From the NCBI GenBank assembly GCA_963806415.1, contig CAWDYD010000005.1:1540287-1604286 (forward strand): a DNA stretch of 64,000 bases. Reading direction: 5' to 3'. Positions 9,868 to 22,841 of this stretch are shown piece after piece (within the stretch, counting starts at the first letter, position 1; every line of letters begins with the position of its first letter). The position numbers were made by a program, and so were the translations under genes. The stretch is from an uncultured Actinomycetota bacterium. GTDB taxonomy: Bacteria > Actinomycetota > Actinomycetes > Mycobacteriales > SCTD01. The notes below the pieces were generated by a model that was not told the origin of the DNA, did no database searches, and worked only from the letters and a program-made list of their open reading frames with translations.

Positions 9868-10518
9868 GTGAACACCATGGTCGAGGACGTCATGACGCGA
9901 GAGGTCGTGACGGTGGCCCCGGACACCAGCTTCCGGGACGTCGTACGGCTCATCGAGGACCGGCACGTGGACGCCCTTCCGGTCGTCGAGTCCGGCAAGG
10001 TCGTCGGCATCATCAGCGAGAGCGACCTGCTGTTGAAGGAGGAGGGCCCGGAGGGCGGGCACACCGGGATGCCCTGGCAGCGCCGCCGGGACCGGATGCG
10101 GGCCGGAGCCACCTGCGTGGCCGAGGCGATGACCCGGCACGTCATCAGCGTGGCGCCGGGCACCACCCTGAGCGCGACCGCCCGCCTGATGCACCGCCAC
10201 CGGATCGGCGGCCTGCCGGTCGTCGACGAGAACGGGCACCTGCTCGGGATCGTCACCCGCAGCGACCTGCTCCAGGTCTTCCTGCGCGAGGACGACGACC
10301 TGTGCGCCGAGGTGCAGGCGGCGATGCACCCCGCGCTGCGCGAGAAGATCACCTGCTCGGTGCGGGACGGCCAGGTCACCCTCACCGGCCGGACCGCCTT
10401 CCGCAGCGACGCGATGGGCGCCACCGGGCTGGCCCGCCGCGTGCCCGGGGTCATCTCGGTCGAGAACCGGGTGGGCTACGACACCGACGACGTCGAGGTG
10501 GCGATGGTCGGGCCGTGA
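9868..10518 (+). CDS. CBS-pair domain protein with C-terminal BON domain
   Basis: GTG 9868 lies 8 nt after ggaggtgg, and ATG 9877 is also possible. There are two CBS repeats (VMTREVVTV..., AMTRHVISV...GGLPVVD). The BON-like tail is VRDGQVTLTGRT...VPGVISVENRV. Confidence 0.8.
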   Translation: MNTMVEDVMTREVVTVAPDTSFRDVVRLIEDRHVDALPVVESGKVVGIISESDLLLKEEGPEGGHTGMPWQRRRDRMRAGATCVAEAMTRHVISVAPGTTLSATARLMHRHRIGGLPVVDENGHLLGIVTRSDLLQVFLREDDDLCAEVQAAMHPALREKITCSVRDGQVTLTGRTAFRSDAMGATGLARRVPGVISVENRVGYDTDDVEVAMVGP

Positions 10519-10525
10519 GCCCGGG

Positions 10526-11206
10526 CTAGTCCGCCCGGTCGTCGGCCAGCCGGTAGCCCACGCCCCGGACCGTGCGCAGCGTGTCGCGGCCGAACGGTCG
10601 GTCGATCTTGTTGCGCAGGTACCGGACGTACACGTCCACGACGTTGCTGTCGCCGTCGTACGCGGCGTCCCAGACGTGCTCGAGCAGGTAGGTCCGGGTG
10701 AGCACCTTCCCGCGGTGCCGCAGCAGCTCCTCGAGCAGGCCGAACTCCTTGGCCGTCAGGGCCAGGTCGACGGTGCCCCGCCGCACCTCCCGGCGGACCG
10801 GGTCGAGGACGAGGTCGCCGCAGCTCAGCGACACCGGCCGTTCCTGCGGGCCGCGGCGGGTCAGCGCCCGCAGCCGCGCGTACAGCTCGTCGAGAGCGAA
10901 CGGCTTGGCCAGGTAGTCGTCGGCGCCGGCGTCCAGCCCGGTCACCCGGTCCGGCACGCCGGTGCGCGCGGTGAGCAGCAGCACCGGCGCCCACCTGCCG
11001 GCCAGCCGCATCCGACGGCAGACCTCCACGCCGTCCGGCGCCGGGATCATCACGTCCAGCACGACCGCGTCGAAGTGCTCCTCGGTCACCCGCCACAGGG
11101 CGTCCTCACCGGTCTCGGCGAGCACGACCGCGTACCCCTGCCTGGCCAGAGCCCGCTGCAGCAGCGAGGACAGCGCGGGGTCGTCCTCGACGACGAGCAG
11201 CCGCAT
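10526..11206 (-). CDS. OmpR-family response regulator
   Basis: An intact 226-aa ORF. It has the receiver MRLLVVEDD...VVLDVMIPAPDG...KPF and a winged-helix tail ending VRGVGYRL. Confidence 0.92.
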   Translation of the reverse strand: MRLLVVEDDPALSSLLQRALARQGYAVVLAETGEDALWRVTEEHFDAVVLDVMIPAPDGVEVCRRMRLAGRWAPVLLLTARTGVPDRVTGLDAGADDYLAKPFALDELYARLRALTRRGPQERPVSLSCGDLVLDPVRREVRRGTVDLALTAKEFGLLEELLRHRGKVLTRTYLLEHVWDAAYDGDSNVVDVYVRYLRNKIDRPFGRDTLRTVRGVGYRLADDRAD

Positions 11207-11309
11207 GCCGGCAGCCTAGGTCGGGGTCCGGGCTCACGTTCCTCTCATCCGCGAGTCCGCACTGTTCCCCCCTGTCCGTACCGAGCGGACATCGACCCCG
11301 GGAGCGGAC

Positions 11310-11738
11310 ATGACCCTGACCGACACTCTCCGATCTGCCACCGGCACCGCGGTCCCGCGGGCCGCCCGTGCCGCCGGCGCCGTGCTCGCGCTCGCCGTGG
11401 CCGCGCTGCACGTCGTGGACCAGGGCGGCCTGACCGCCCAGAAGAGCCCCGCGTACGTCGGCGTCGGGTACTGGGTGCTGGAGGTCGTCGCGGTCCTCAC
11501 CGCTGTCATCCTGCTGAGCCGCGGGGCCGCCCGGCGGGCCGGCTGGCTGCTGGCGACCGGGGTCGCGGCCGCTCCCCTGGTCGGGTACGCGCTGTCGCGC
11601 GGGCCCGGCCTGCCCGACTACACCGACGACCGCGGGAACTGGACGGAACCGCTGGGGCTGCTCGCGCTCGGCGTCGAGATCGTGCTGCTGGTGCTCGCCG
11701 GCTGGGCCGTCAACCAGGGGACCCGGCCCCGGGGCTGA
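11310..11738 (+). CDS. hypothetical integral membrane protein (about 4 TM segments)
   Basis: ATG ORF of 142 aa with hydrophobic stretches (AVLALAVAALHVV, VGYWVLEVVAVLTAVILL, WLLATGVAAAPLVGY, LLALGVEIVLLVLAGW). It sits on the opposite strand between the kinase and regulator genes. No family was recognised. Confidence 0.5.
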   Translation: MTLTDTLRSATGTAVPRAARAAGAVLALAVAALHVVDQGGLTAQKSPAYVGVGYWVLEVVAVLTAVILLSRGAARRAGWLLATGVAAAPLVGYALSRGPGLPDYTDDRGNWTEPLGLLALGVEIVLLVLAGWAVNQGTRPRG

Positions 11739-13116
11739 TGCCGGGCGGGCTCGGCAGGCGCAGGCGCACCGCCGCGCCACCGAGCCCCCCGGCGTTGTCC
11801 GCCGACACCGAGCCCCCGGCCCCCTCGACGACCGCGGCCACCAGGGACAGCCCGAGCCCGGCCCCGCGTCCCCGGGTCCGGGCGGCGTCCGGCCGGCTGA
11901 ACCGCTCGAAGGCCGACGGCAGGAAGTCCACCGGGAAGCCCGGGCCGTCGTCCTCCACCACCAGCACCACCTCGTCCCCGTCCCGGGCTGCCGAGAGCCG
12001 CACCCGGCCCGCGCCGGCTGCCGCAGCGTTCGTGACGAGGTTGCCCAGCACCCGTTCCAGGGCAGCGGGCTCGACCAGCACCGGCAACGGTCCGGTGGCG
12101 GCCGACACCGTCACCGCGGTCGCGCTCGCCGCCGCCAGCCGGGCGCGGCCACCGGACAGCACCTCGGCCAGGTCCACCGACGCCTGCGGCGCGGCCGGTT
12201 GCCGCTCCCGGGCCAGCGCGAGCAGGTCGTCGGCGAGCGTCCCCAGGCGGTGCGCCTCGGCCAGCGCGGCCCGCAGCGACCGCTCCACCTCGTCGGAGTC
12301 GGCCAGGTCGGACAGCGCCAGCTCGAGCTCGCCGCGCAGCACCGTCAGCGGGGTCCGCAGCTCGTGCGAGGCGTCGTCCACGAACGCCTGCTCGCGGGTG
12401 AACGCCCGGTGCAGCCGCTCCAGCATGTCCCCGAGCGTGCGCGCCAACCGGGCGACCTCGTCGTCGCCGTCCACCGTCGGCATCCGACCGGCGGTGTCCG
12501 GGCCGGCGGTGATCTCGGCCGCCCGCCGGGTGAGCGCGTCCACCGGGCGCAGCGCGGCGTGCACCGCCCGGTGGACGACGGCCGCCACCACCGCCAGCAG
12601 CACCGGAGCGGCCAGCGCCAGCACCACCAGCAGGCGCTCGGCCGCGTCGATCTGCGGCTGCAGCGACACCGCGACCGCCAGCACCCGGCCGTCGGGCAGG
12701 CAGCCCGCCCGGACCCGGATCCGGACCGGGTCCTCACCCGCCGAGCCGGGCCGACCGGTCCCGGGACACGTCCGGGCCGGGCAGCGGATCCCGTCGCGGT
12801 CGGGCAGCAGGTCGCCGCCGCCTCCCGCGGCCGGGGAGGTGGCGACCGCCCGGTTCCCCTCGTACAGCTCGGCGAGCGGGACCCCGGACAGCGCCGCCGG
12901 GCCACGCTCGGCGACCCCCGCCCGCAGCTCGGCGAGCGTGACCGCCAGCCCGTCGTCGACCGAGACGTCGAGCTGGCGCACGAACAGCGCCAGCACGCCG
13001 GCCAGCAGCAGGACCACCACGCCCGCGGTGAGCGCGGTGGCGAGCAGCGTGACCCGGACCGCGATCGAACGGGGGCGCCCGCCGGTCGGGAGGCGGACCC
13101 ACCGGCGACCTGGCAC
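11710..13116 (-). CDS. sensor histidine kinase (HAMP-HisKA-HATPase)
   Basis: The H-box is FVDDASHELRTPLTVLRGE, the N-box is LGNLVTNA, and G1/G2 are EDDGPGF and GAGLGLSLV. The start is uncertain: GTG 13116 is in frame (469 codons) and precedes TM1 VTLLATALTAGVVVLLLAG. Confidence 0.85.
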   Translation of the reverse strand: MPGRRWVRLPTGGRPRSIAVRVTLLATALTAGVVVLLLAGVLALFVRQLDVSVDDGLAVTLAELRAGVAERGPAALSGVPLAELYEGNRAVATSPAAGGGGDLLPDRDGIRCPARTCPGTGRPGSAGEDPVRIRVRAGCLPDGRVLAVAVSLQPQIDAAERLLVVLALAAPVLLAVVAAVVHRAVHAALRPVDALTRRAAEITAGPDTAGRMPTVDGDDEVARLARTLGDMLERLHRAFTREQAFVDDASHELRTPLTVLRGELELALSDLADSDEVERSLRAALAEAHRLGTLADDLLALARERQPAAPQASVDLAEVLSGGRARLAAASATAVTVSAATGPLPVLVEPAALERVLGNLVTNAAAAGAGRVRLSAARDGDEVVLVVEDDGPGFPVDFLPSAFERFSRPDAARTRGRGAGLGLSLVAAVVEGAGGSVSADNAGGLGGAAVRLRLPSPPGISPGAGSPG

Positions 13117-13216
13117 TCCCGGACCGTACGGCGGCGGCGGACGGTACGGCGCAGGCGCTCTCACCCTGCTCTCATCGCCCCCGCGGGACCGTCGGACCCT
13201 CAGGGAAGGAGCCCCC

Positions 13217-13809
13217 GTGACCCGCACACCCGATTCCGGCCTGTTCGACGCGGTCAACGCGTTCGCGCGCGCCACCACCCCGCTGCACACCCCGGTGCTG
13301 CTGTTCGCCACGTACGGCGTGGTGCTGGTGGCCGTGCTGCTGCTGGCCGGCTGGTGGACCGCCCGCGCGCACGGTCCGCGCCGGGTGGCGGCCGCGCTGT
13401 GGGCCGGAGCCGGGACGCTGCTCGCGGTCGCGGTGAACCAGCCCCTGGTGGCGCTGTTCGCCCGGGCCCGGCCGTACAGCGACCCGTCCACCCTGCTGGT
13501 GCTGGCGCACCGTTCGGCGGACTTCTCGTTCCCCTCCGACCACGCCGTTCTGGCCGGCGCCGCCGCGGCGGGGCTGTGGCTGGTGCACCGCCGCCTCGCG
13601 CTGGCCGCTACGGCAGTGGCGCTGCTGATGGCGTTCTCCCGGGTCTACATCGCGGCGCACTACCCCGGCGACGTGGCGGCCGGTCTGGCCGTCGGGGCAG
13701 CGGTGAGCCTGCTGGGCTGGCGGCTGCTCGCCCGGCCGCTGACGGCCCTGGTCGCCCGGCTGACGGCGACCCCGCTGCGCCCGTTGCTGAGCACGGTTCC
13801 GGTGCCGGC

Positions 13810-13813
<4 letters not shown>
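13217..13813 (+). CDS. PAP2-family phosphatase (undecaprenyl-diphosphatase-like)
   Basis: GTG 13217 follows ggaagga. The PAP2 motifs are ARARPY, SFPSDHA and SRVYIAAHYPGDV. It is 198 aa. Confidence 0.85.
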
Positions 13814-17463
<3,650 letters not shown>

Positions 17464-17523
17464 TCAACACCTTTGTTGATTTGGCCGACCCTTGCCCCCG
17501 ATCCGCGTCAACGCCTACGTTGA
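17464..17523. promoter_or_regulatory. two copies of the palindrome TCAAC-N6-GTTGA (candidate operator pair) in the BVMO/acyl-CoA synthetase divergent intergenic region
   Basis: TCAACAccttTGTTGA is at 17464-17479 and TCAACGcctaCGTTGA at 17508-17523. An additional palindrome, GTACCGcgaCGGTAC, is at 17431-17445. Confidence 0.4.
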
Positions 17524-17572
17524 GACTGTGGCCCGGATCACGGGGCCGATGTCGTCGCCAGGAGGAGCACAG

Positions 17573-19272
17573 GTGCTCGAAGCGTTGCAGGACCGGCAGT
17601 CGGCGCTGGAGGCGCGGCACCCGACGTGGATCCCCCGCCGTCTCGACGAGCAGCTCGACGTCACCGCTGCCGAGTTCCCCGACCGGCCGTACGTCGTGAC
17701 CGACGACCGCACGCTGTCCTACGCGCAGGTCCGGGAGGAGTCGGTACGGCTCGCGCGCGGCCTGCAGGCGGCCGGCGTGCAGCCGGGCGACCACGTGGCG
17801 CTGCTGCTCGCCAACTACCCCGAGTTCGTGGCGATGAAGTACGCCATCGCCCGGGCCGGCGCGGTCTGCGTCCCGCTCAACTTCCTCAACCGGCGCGACG
17901 AGCTCGGCTACGTGCTGCGCCAGTCCGACGCGGTCGTCCTGGTCACGATGGACCGCTTCCGGTCGCTGGACTACCTGACCATGCTCGACGAGCTGGCGCC
18001 CGGCTGGGAGAGCGCCGGCGGCGGGACGGCGTTCCCGAAGCTGCGCTCGGTCGTGGTGCTGCCGACGGCTCCCGGCGGCGGGCGGGCCGGCGCCGCGACC
18101 GTCGCCGAGCTCGGAGCCACCGAGGAGGGCTTCGTGCCGGTCGCCGTCCCGGCCGACACCCCGGCGGACGTGCTGTACACCTCGGGCACCACCGGCCAGC
18201 CCAAGGGCGTCCTGCTCACCCACGACATGCTGCTGCGCACGGCCTACGGCAGCGCGTACGCGCGCGGCGTTCGCAGGACGGTCGGCGCATCCTGTTCTCG
18301 CTGCCGATGTACCACGTCTACGGGTACGTCGAGGGCATGCTCGCGGTGCTGTTCGTCGGCGGCGCGATCGTCCCGCAGCTCACCTTCGACGGCGAGGCCA
18401 CGCTGCGCGGCATCGAGCGGCACGGTGCGCAGGACGTGCTGCTGATCCCGATGATGACGATGGCCGTGCTGGACGCCGCCCGCGCCGGTCGGCACGACCT
18501 GTCGTCGCTGACCGCGTTGATCTCCTCGGGCGGGCAGTCCCCGGCCGGCATCTGGGACGAGATCGACGAGGTGCTCCAGCCGCAGGAGGTGACGACCGGC
18601 TACGGGATGAGCGAGACGACGGCGTCCACGACCGTCACCCGGCCGGACGACCCGAAACAGCGCCGGCAGCAGACCAACGGGCGGCTGCGCGACGTCGGCG
18701 TGGCGGGTGACCCGGCGCTCGGCCGCCGGCTGGTGGTCTACAAGGTCGTCGACCCCGAGACCGGGGCGGACCTGCCGGCCGGGTCGGTCGGCGAGCTGCT
18801 GGCCCGCGGCCCCGGGGTCACCGCCGGCTACTACGACAAGCCGGAGGAGACCGCCGCCGCGTTCGACCCGCAGGGCTGGCTGCGCACCGGCGACCTCGGC
18901 CGGATCGACGACGACGACTACCTCACCCTCGTGGGTCGCAAGAAGGACTGCTACCGCTGCGGCGGCGAGCAGGTCGTGCCCAAGGAGATCGAGGACGTCC
19001 TGACGACGCACCCGGCCGTGGCGCAGGCGCACGTGGTGCCGCTGCAGGACCGGCGGATGGGCGAGGTGGGCGTCGCGTACGTCGTGTTCAAGGACGGTGC
19101 CACGGCCGCGCCCGAGGAGCTGATCGCCTACAGCGCCGACCGGCTGGCCCGGTTCAAGGTGCCCAAGCACGTGCTGCCGATCGCGGCCGACGACATCCCG
19201 AGCACGCCGAGCGGCCGGCCGCGCAAGTTCCTGCTCGCCGAGCGCGCGGCGCAGGCGCTGGGGGACGCGTGA
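17573..19272 (+). pseudogene. AMP-dependent acyl-CoA synthetase (FadD-like), one frame break
   Basis: GTG 17573 lies 5 nt after GGAGGAG. The sequence reads ...LYTSGTTGQPKGVLLTHDMLLRTAYGSAYAR, then the frame switches at ~18265. It continues QDGRRILFSLPMYHVYGYVEG...GYGMSETT...GWLRTGDLG...KVPK to stop 19272. Confidence 0.85.
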
Positions 19273-20021
19273 GCGCCCGGGTCGCCCTGGTCACCGGCGG
19301 GGCGCGCGGGATCGGTGCGGCGATCGCCCTGCGGCTGGCCGCCGACGGGCACGACGTCGCGGTGCTCGACCTCGACGAGGCCGCCTGCGCCGACGTGGTC
19401 GACGCCGTGCTGGCCACCGGCCGGCGCGCGCTCGCGGTCGGCGCCGACGTCGCCGACGAGCCGGCCGTGACCGCGGCGGTCGAGCGGGTCACCGAGCAGC
19501 TCGGGCCGCCCCTGGTGCTGGTCAACAACGCCGGCATCCTGCGCGACCACGTGCTCGCGAAGATGACGGTCGACGAGTGGGACCTCGTGATGCAGGTCCA
19601 CCTGCGCGGGGCGTTCCTGCTGTCGAGGGCGGTGCAGCCCGGCATGCGCGCCGCCGGGTGGGGCCGCATGGTCAACGTCTCCAGCACCGCGGCGCTGGGC
19701 AACGTCGGCCAGGCCAACTACTCCGCTGCCAAGGCGGGCCTGCAGGGCCTGACCCGGACGCTGGCCCTGGAGCTGGGCCGGCACGGCATCACGGTCAACA
19801 GCGTCGCCCCGGGCTACACGATCACCGACATGACCCGGTCCACGGCCGAGCGGATCGGGGTGTCGATCGAGGAGCTGTCGAAGGACGTGGTCGCGCAGAT
19901 CCCGGTCGGCCGGGCCGGCCGGCCGGAGGACATCGCGCACGCGGTCGCCTTCTTCGCCGACGAGCGCTCGAGCTTCGTGTCGGGCCAGGTGCTCTACGTG
20001 GCGGGCGGGCCGCGGGGCTGA
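19269..20021 (+). CDS. SDR family oxidoreductase (3-oxoacyl-ACP reductase-like)
   Basis: GTG 19269 overlaps the upstream stop (GTGA). Motifs: TGGARGIG, NNAG, SSTAALGNVGQANYSAAKAG. It is 250 aa. Confidence 0.9.
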   Translation: MSARVALVTGGARGIGAAIALRLAADGHDVAVLDLDEAACADVVDAVLATGRRALAVGADVADEPAVTAAVERVTEQLGPPLVLVNNAGILRDHVLAKMTVDEWDLVMQVHLRGAFLLSRAVQPGMRAAGWGRMVNVSSTAALGNVGQANYSAAKAGLQGLTRTLALELGRHGITVNSVAPGYTITDMTRSTAERIGVSIEELSKDVVAQIPVGRAGRPEDIAHAVAFFADERSSFVSGQVLYVAGGPRG

Positions 20022-20031
20022 GCCCGGCCGG

Positions 20032-20439
20032 TCAGGACCGGCCGCCGCGGACCTCCTGCACGAGCCAGCCGTTGCCGTCGGGGTCCTGCACGGACAGGAA
20101 GCTGCCGTGGTCGACCCGCTCGGGGTGCAGCCCCGGGGTCTGCCCGTGCTCGCCGAAGTGGAACGGCTCGCTCACCGGCGCGCCGCGGCCCGCCAGCTCG
20201 GCGTGCGCCGCCTCGAGATCCTTCACGACCAGGTGCAGGCCCTGCACCGACCCCGCCGCCCCGTTGCGCATCAGGGTGACCGAGCAGGCCGACCCGGGCG
20301 GGGTCAGCTGGACGACGCGGAAGTCCTCCCCGGCCCGGTGGTCGACGTCGAGCCGGAAGCCGAACCGGTCGACGTAGAAGTCCTTGGCCCGGTCGACGTC
20401 CGACACCGGGAGCACCACCAGCTCCAGCTTCCAGTCCAT
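20032..20439 (-). CDS. VOC/glyoxalase family protein
   Basis: MDWKLELVVLPVSDVDRAKDFYVDRFGF... is typical of glyoxalase/bleomycin-resistance proteins. ATG 20439 is preferred over ATG 20466. Confidence 0.8.
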   Translation of the reverse strand: MDWKLELVVLPVSDVDRAKDFYVDRFGFRLDVDHRAGEDFRVVQLTPPGSACSVTLMRNGAAGSVQGLHLVVKDLEAAHAELAGRGAPVSEPFHFGEHGQTPGLHPERVDHGSFLSVQDPDGNGWLVQEVRGGRS

Positions 20440-20504
20440 CGGCAGACTCTCGCCCGACCAGGCCACGTTGTCACGCCACGTCGTGCTGACCGTTCCCGAA
20501 TCGT

Positions 20505-20555
20505 GTCAACTACTTAGTTGACGGGGTGGGTGACAGGTGACACATTCCGTGTCAC
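20505..20555. promoter_or_regulatory. AT-richer operator-like repeats between the VOC gene and the ABC importer operon
   Basis: A perfect 8-bp-arm palindrome GTCAACTActTAGTTGAC sits at 20505-20522 and has the same TCAAC-N6-GTTGA core as 17464 and 17508. A tandem GGTGACAGGTGACA plus the inverted copy GTGACACattccGTGTCAC sits at 20529-20555. Confidence 0.4.
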
Positions 20556-20698
20556 GCGCTGACGTCGCCGCCGGGAGTTGCACCCGGCGCCCGGCTCTGG
20601 CCCGGACTGCGGTCCGCAGCGCGCCAAGACCCGACCCGGCGCAGTGGCCCGGGTCGTCCTCGTATCGAGAACAGGGAGTCCCTGTGGGTGGACACGCC

Positions 20699-21904
20699 GT
20701 GAAGAAGATCCGGATGGTGGCTGCGGTCGCCGGGCTGGCACTGCTCGGCGCCGCGTGCGGCGGCGACGACGCCGGCACAGGTGCCGCAGGCGCCGGCGGC
20801 GGTGACACCTCCACCTGCAAGGTCGGCGTCGCGCTGGCGCTGACCGGCGTGTCCGGGGCGATCGGCGAGCCGCAGAAGAAGGCCCTCGACCTGTTCAACG
20901 AGCGGCTCGCGGCCGACGGCGGGATCAGCGGCCACCCGATCGAGTTCGTCTACGTCGACACGACCAGCGAGGAGAGCGCGGCGGTCAACGCCATCCGCAA
21001 GCTCGCCACGCAGGACAACGTCGTCGCGATCGTCGGGCCGAGCTCGTCGGGCGAGGGCATCGCGGCCAAGCCCATCGTCGACTCCCTCAAGGTCCCGACG
21101 ATCACGATCGCCGGCGCCCCCGGCATCATCGCGCCACCGGTGAAGTACATGTTCAAGGAGTTCCCGAGCCCGCTCGACGGCCTGCGCGGCCAGCTCGAGT
21201 ACCTCAAGGAGAAGGGCCTGACCAAGGTCAGCATCATCTTCCAGAACAACGCCTACGGGCAGGCCCCGGCCGAGGCGCTGCCGGGGATGGCCAAGGAGCT
21301 CGGCCTGGAGGTCGTGTCCTCGGTGGCCTTCCCGCCGGCCGCGACCGACGTCACGCCGCAGATGCAGTCGGTGGCGAGCAGCAACCCCGACGCCGTCATC
21401 GTCTACGCGGTCACCCCGGCCAACGCCGTCGTCGCCAAGGCGGCCCGGGCGCTGAACACCCAGGCGCTGCTGTTCCAGTCGCCGGGCGCGGCCAGCACGG
21501 CCTACATCGACCTCGCCGGCCCGGCCGCCGAGGGCACCCTGGTCCAGGGCTCCAAGATCCTCGCGGCCGACTCCGTCGCCAAGGACGACCCGCAGTACGA
21601 GGCGATCAACGAGTTCGCCAGCGCTCACCAGGACAAGTACGGCGCGCTGCCCAGCCAGTTCGCCGCCGGCGCCTGGGACGCGATGACGGTGATGGCCGCG
21701 GCCATCGAGAAGGCCGACCCGAACTGCTCGGACGTGCCGAAGGCGCGGGACGCGATCCGGGACGCGCTCGAGGAGATCGACCCGATCGCCGGGGTCGTCG
21801 CGGTGTACGACTACTCGCCGGAGCAGCACGGCACCTCCGGGACGAAGGGCTTCGCCATCCTCAAGGTGGAGAACGGCAAGTACGTCGTGGAGCAGACCAG
21901 CTAG
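20699..21904 (+). CDS. ABC transporter substrate-binding lipoprotein (branched-chain amino acid/Liv type)
   Basis: The signal and lipobox are VKKIRMVAAVAGLALLGAACGG. The periplasmic binding fold is type I (VGVALALTGVSGAIGEP..., AIVGPSSSGEG). GTG 20684 is an alternative start. Confidence 0.85.
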   Translation: MKKIRMVAAVAGLALLGAACGGDDAGTGAAGAGGGDTSTCKVGVALALTGVSGAIGEPQKKALDLFNERLAADGGISGHPIEFVYVDTTSEESAAVNAIRKLATQDNVVAIVGPSSSGEGIAAKPIVDSLKVPTITIAGAPGIIAPPVKYMFKEFPSPLDGLRGQLEYLKEKGLTKVSIIFQNNAYGQAPAEALPGMAKELGLEVVSSVAFPPAATDVTPQMQSVASSNPDAVIVYAVTPANAVVAKAARALNTQALLFQSPGAASTAYIDLAGPAAEGTLVQGSKILAADSVAKDDPQYEAINEFASAHQDKYGALPSQFAAGAWDAMTVMAAAIEKADPNCSDVPKARDAIRDALEEIDPIAGVVAVYDYSPEQHGTSGTKGFAILKVENGKYVVEQTS

Positions 21905-21911
21905 TCCCCCG

Positions 21912-21943
21912 GGACGGGGCGCGGCCGAGGCCGCGCCCCGTCC
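21912..21943 (+). terminator. strong GC hairpin just after the binding-protein gene (intra-operon attenuator/stabiliser candidate)
   Basis: The arms ggacggggcgcggcc (21912-21926) and ggccgcgccccgtcc (21929-21943) are perfect 15-nt complements. There is no clear T-tract. Confidence 0.45.
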
Positions 21944-21980
21944 GGGCCGTCCCCTCTCCGCGTGCAACGAAGGGCTCCCG

Positions 21981-22841
21981 GTGCTCCAGGACCTGTTCAC
22001 CGGCCTGTCGGTCGGCGTCGTCTACGGCTTGATCGGTGTCGGTTTCGTCATCGTGCACCGGATCACGGGCATGGTGAACTTCGCTCAGGGCGAGCTGGCC
22101 ATGCTCGGGGCGTTCGGCGCCGTGGTGGCCGTCCGCGGCCTGCCGGTCGGGCTCTCGCTGCCCGCCGGGGCGCTGGTGGGAGCCGCCGCCGGCTTCCTGC
22201 TCTACTGGCTGGTCGTGCACCCGCTGCGCAACCACGGCCTGCTCGTGCAGACCATCGCCACGCTCGGCGCCGCGCTGGCGATGCGCTCGATCGCCCAGCT
22301 GCTGTTCGGCACCCAGCCGTACGCGGTCCCGCCGCTGATCGCCGGGCCCCCGCTGCAGATCGGCGGGGCGTCGCTGACCCGCCAGGCCGTCTGGCTGCTG
22401 GTCTTCGCCGCTCTGATCTACCTGCTGCTCACCCTGTTCTTCGACCGGACGATGACCGGGCGGGCGATGAGCGCCTGCGCGATCAACCGGTACGCCGCCG
22501 GGGTCGTCGGCATCAACGTCGTGACGATGGGCGTGCTCGCCTTCGTGATCAGCGGGGCCATCACCGGCTTCGTGGGGGCGGCCGCCGCCCCGCTGACGTT
22601 CGCCTCGTCCGGCGTCGGGCTGGTGCTGGCGCTCAAGGGCTTCATCGCCGCGATCCTGGGCGCCTTCGACAAGATCGGCCTGACGATCGTGGGCGGCCTG
22701 CTCGTCGGGATCGTCGAGGCGCTGTCGGCGTCGCAGATCTCCACCGCCTACCAGGAGGCCATCGTGCTGAGCCTGCTCCTCGTCCTGCTCGTGGTGCGGC
22801 CCTCCGGGCTGACCCGGCACCGGGTGGCCGAGCGTGTCTGA
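21981..22841 (+). CDS. livH: branched-chain amino acid ABC transporter permease (LivH-like)
   Basis: GTG 21981, 286 aa. It begins MLQDLFTGLSVGVVYGLIGVGFVIVHRITGMVNFAQGE, typical of LivH. Confidence 0.88.
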   Translation: MLQDLFTGLSVGVVYGLIGVGFVIVHRITGMVNFAQGELAMLGAFGAVVAVRGLPVGLSLPAGALVGAAAGFLLYWLVVHPLRNHGLLVQTIATLGAALAMRSIAQLLFGTQPYAVPPLIAGPPLQIGGASLTRQAVWLLVFAALIYLLLTLFFDRTMTGRAMSACAINRYAAGVVGINVVTMGVLAFVISGAITGFVGAAAAPLTFASSGVGLVLALKGFIAAILGAFDKIGLTIVGGLLVGIVEALSASQISTAYQEAIVLSLLLVLLVVRPSGLTRHRVAERV

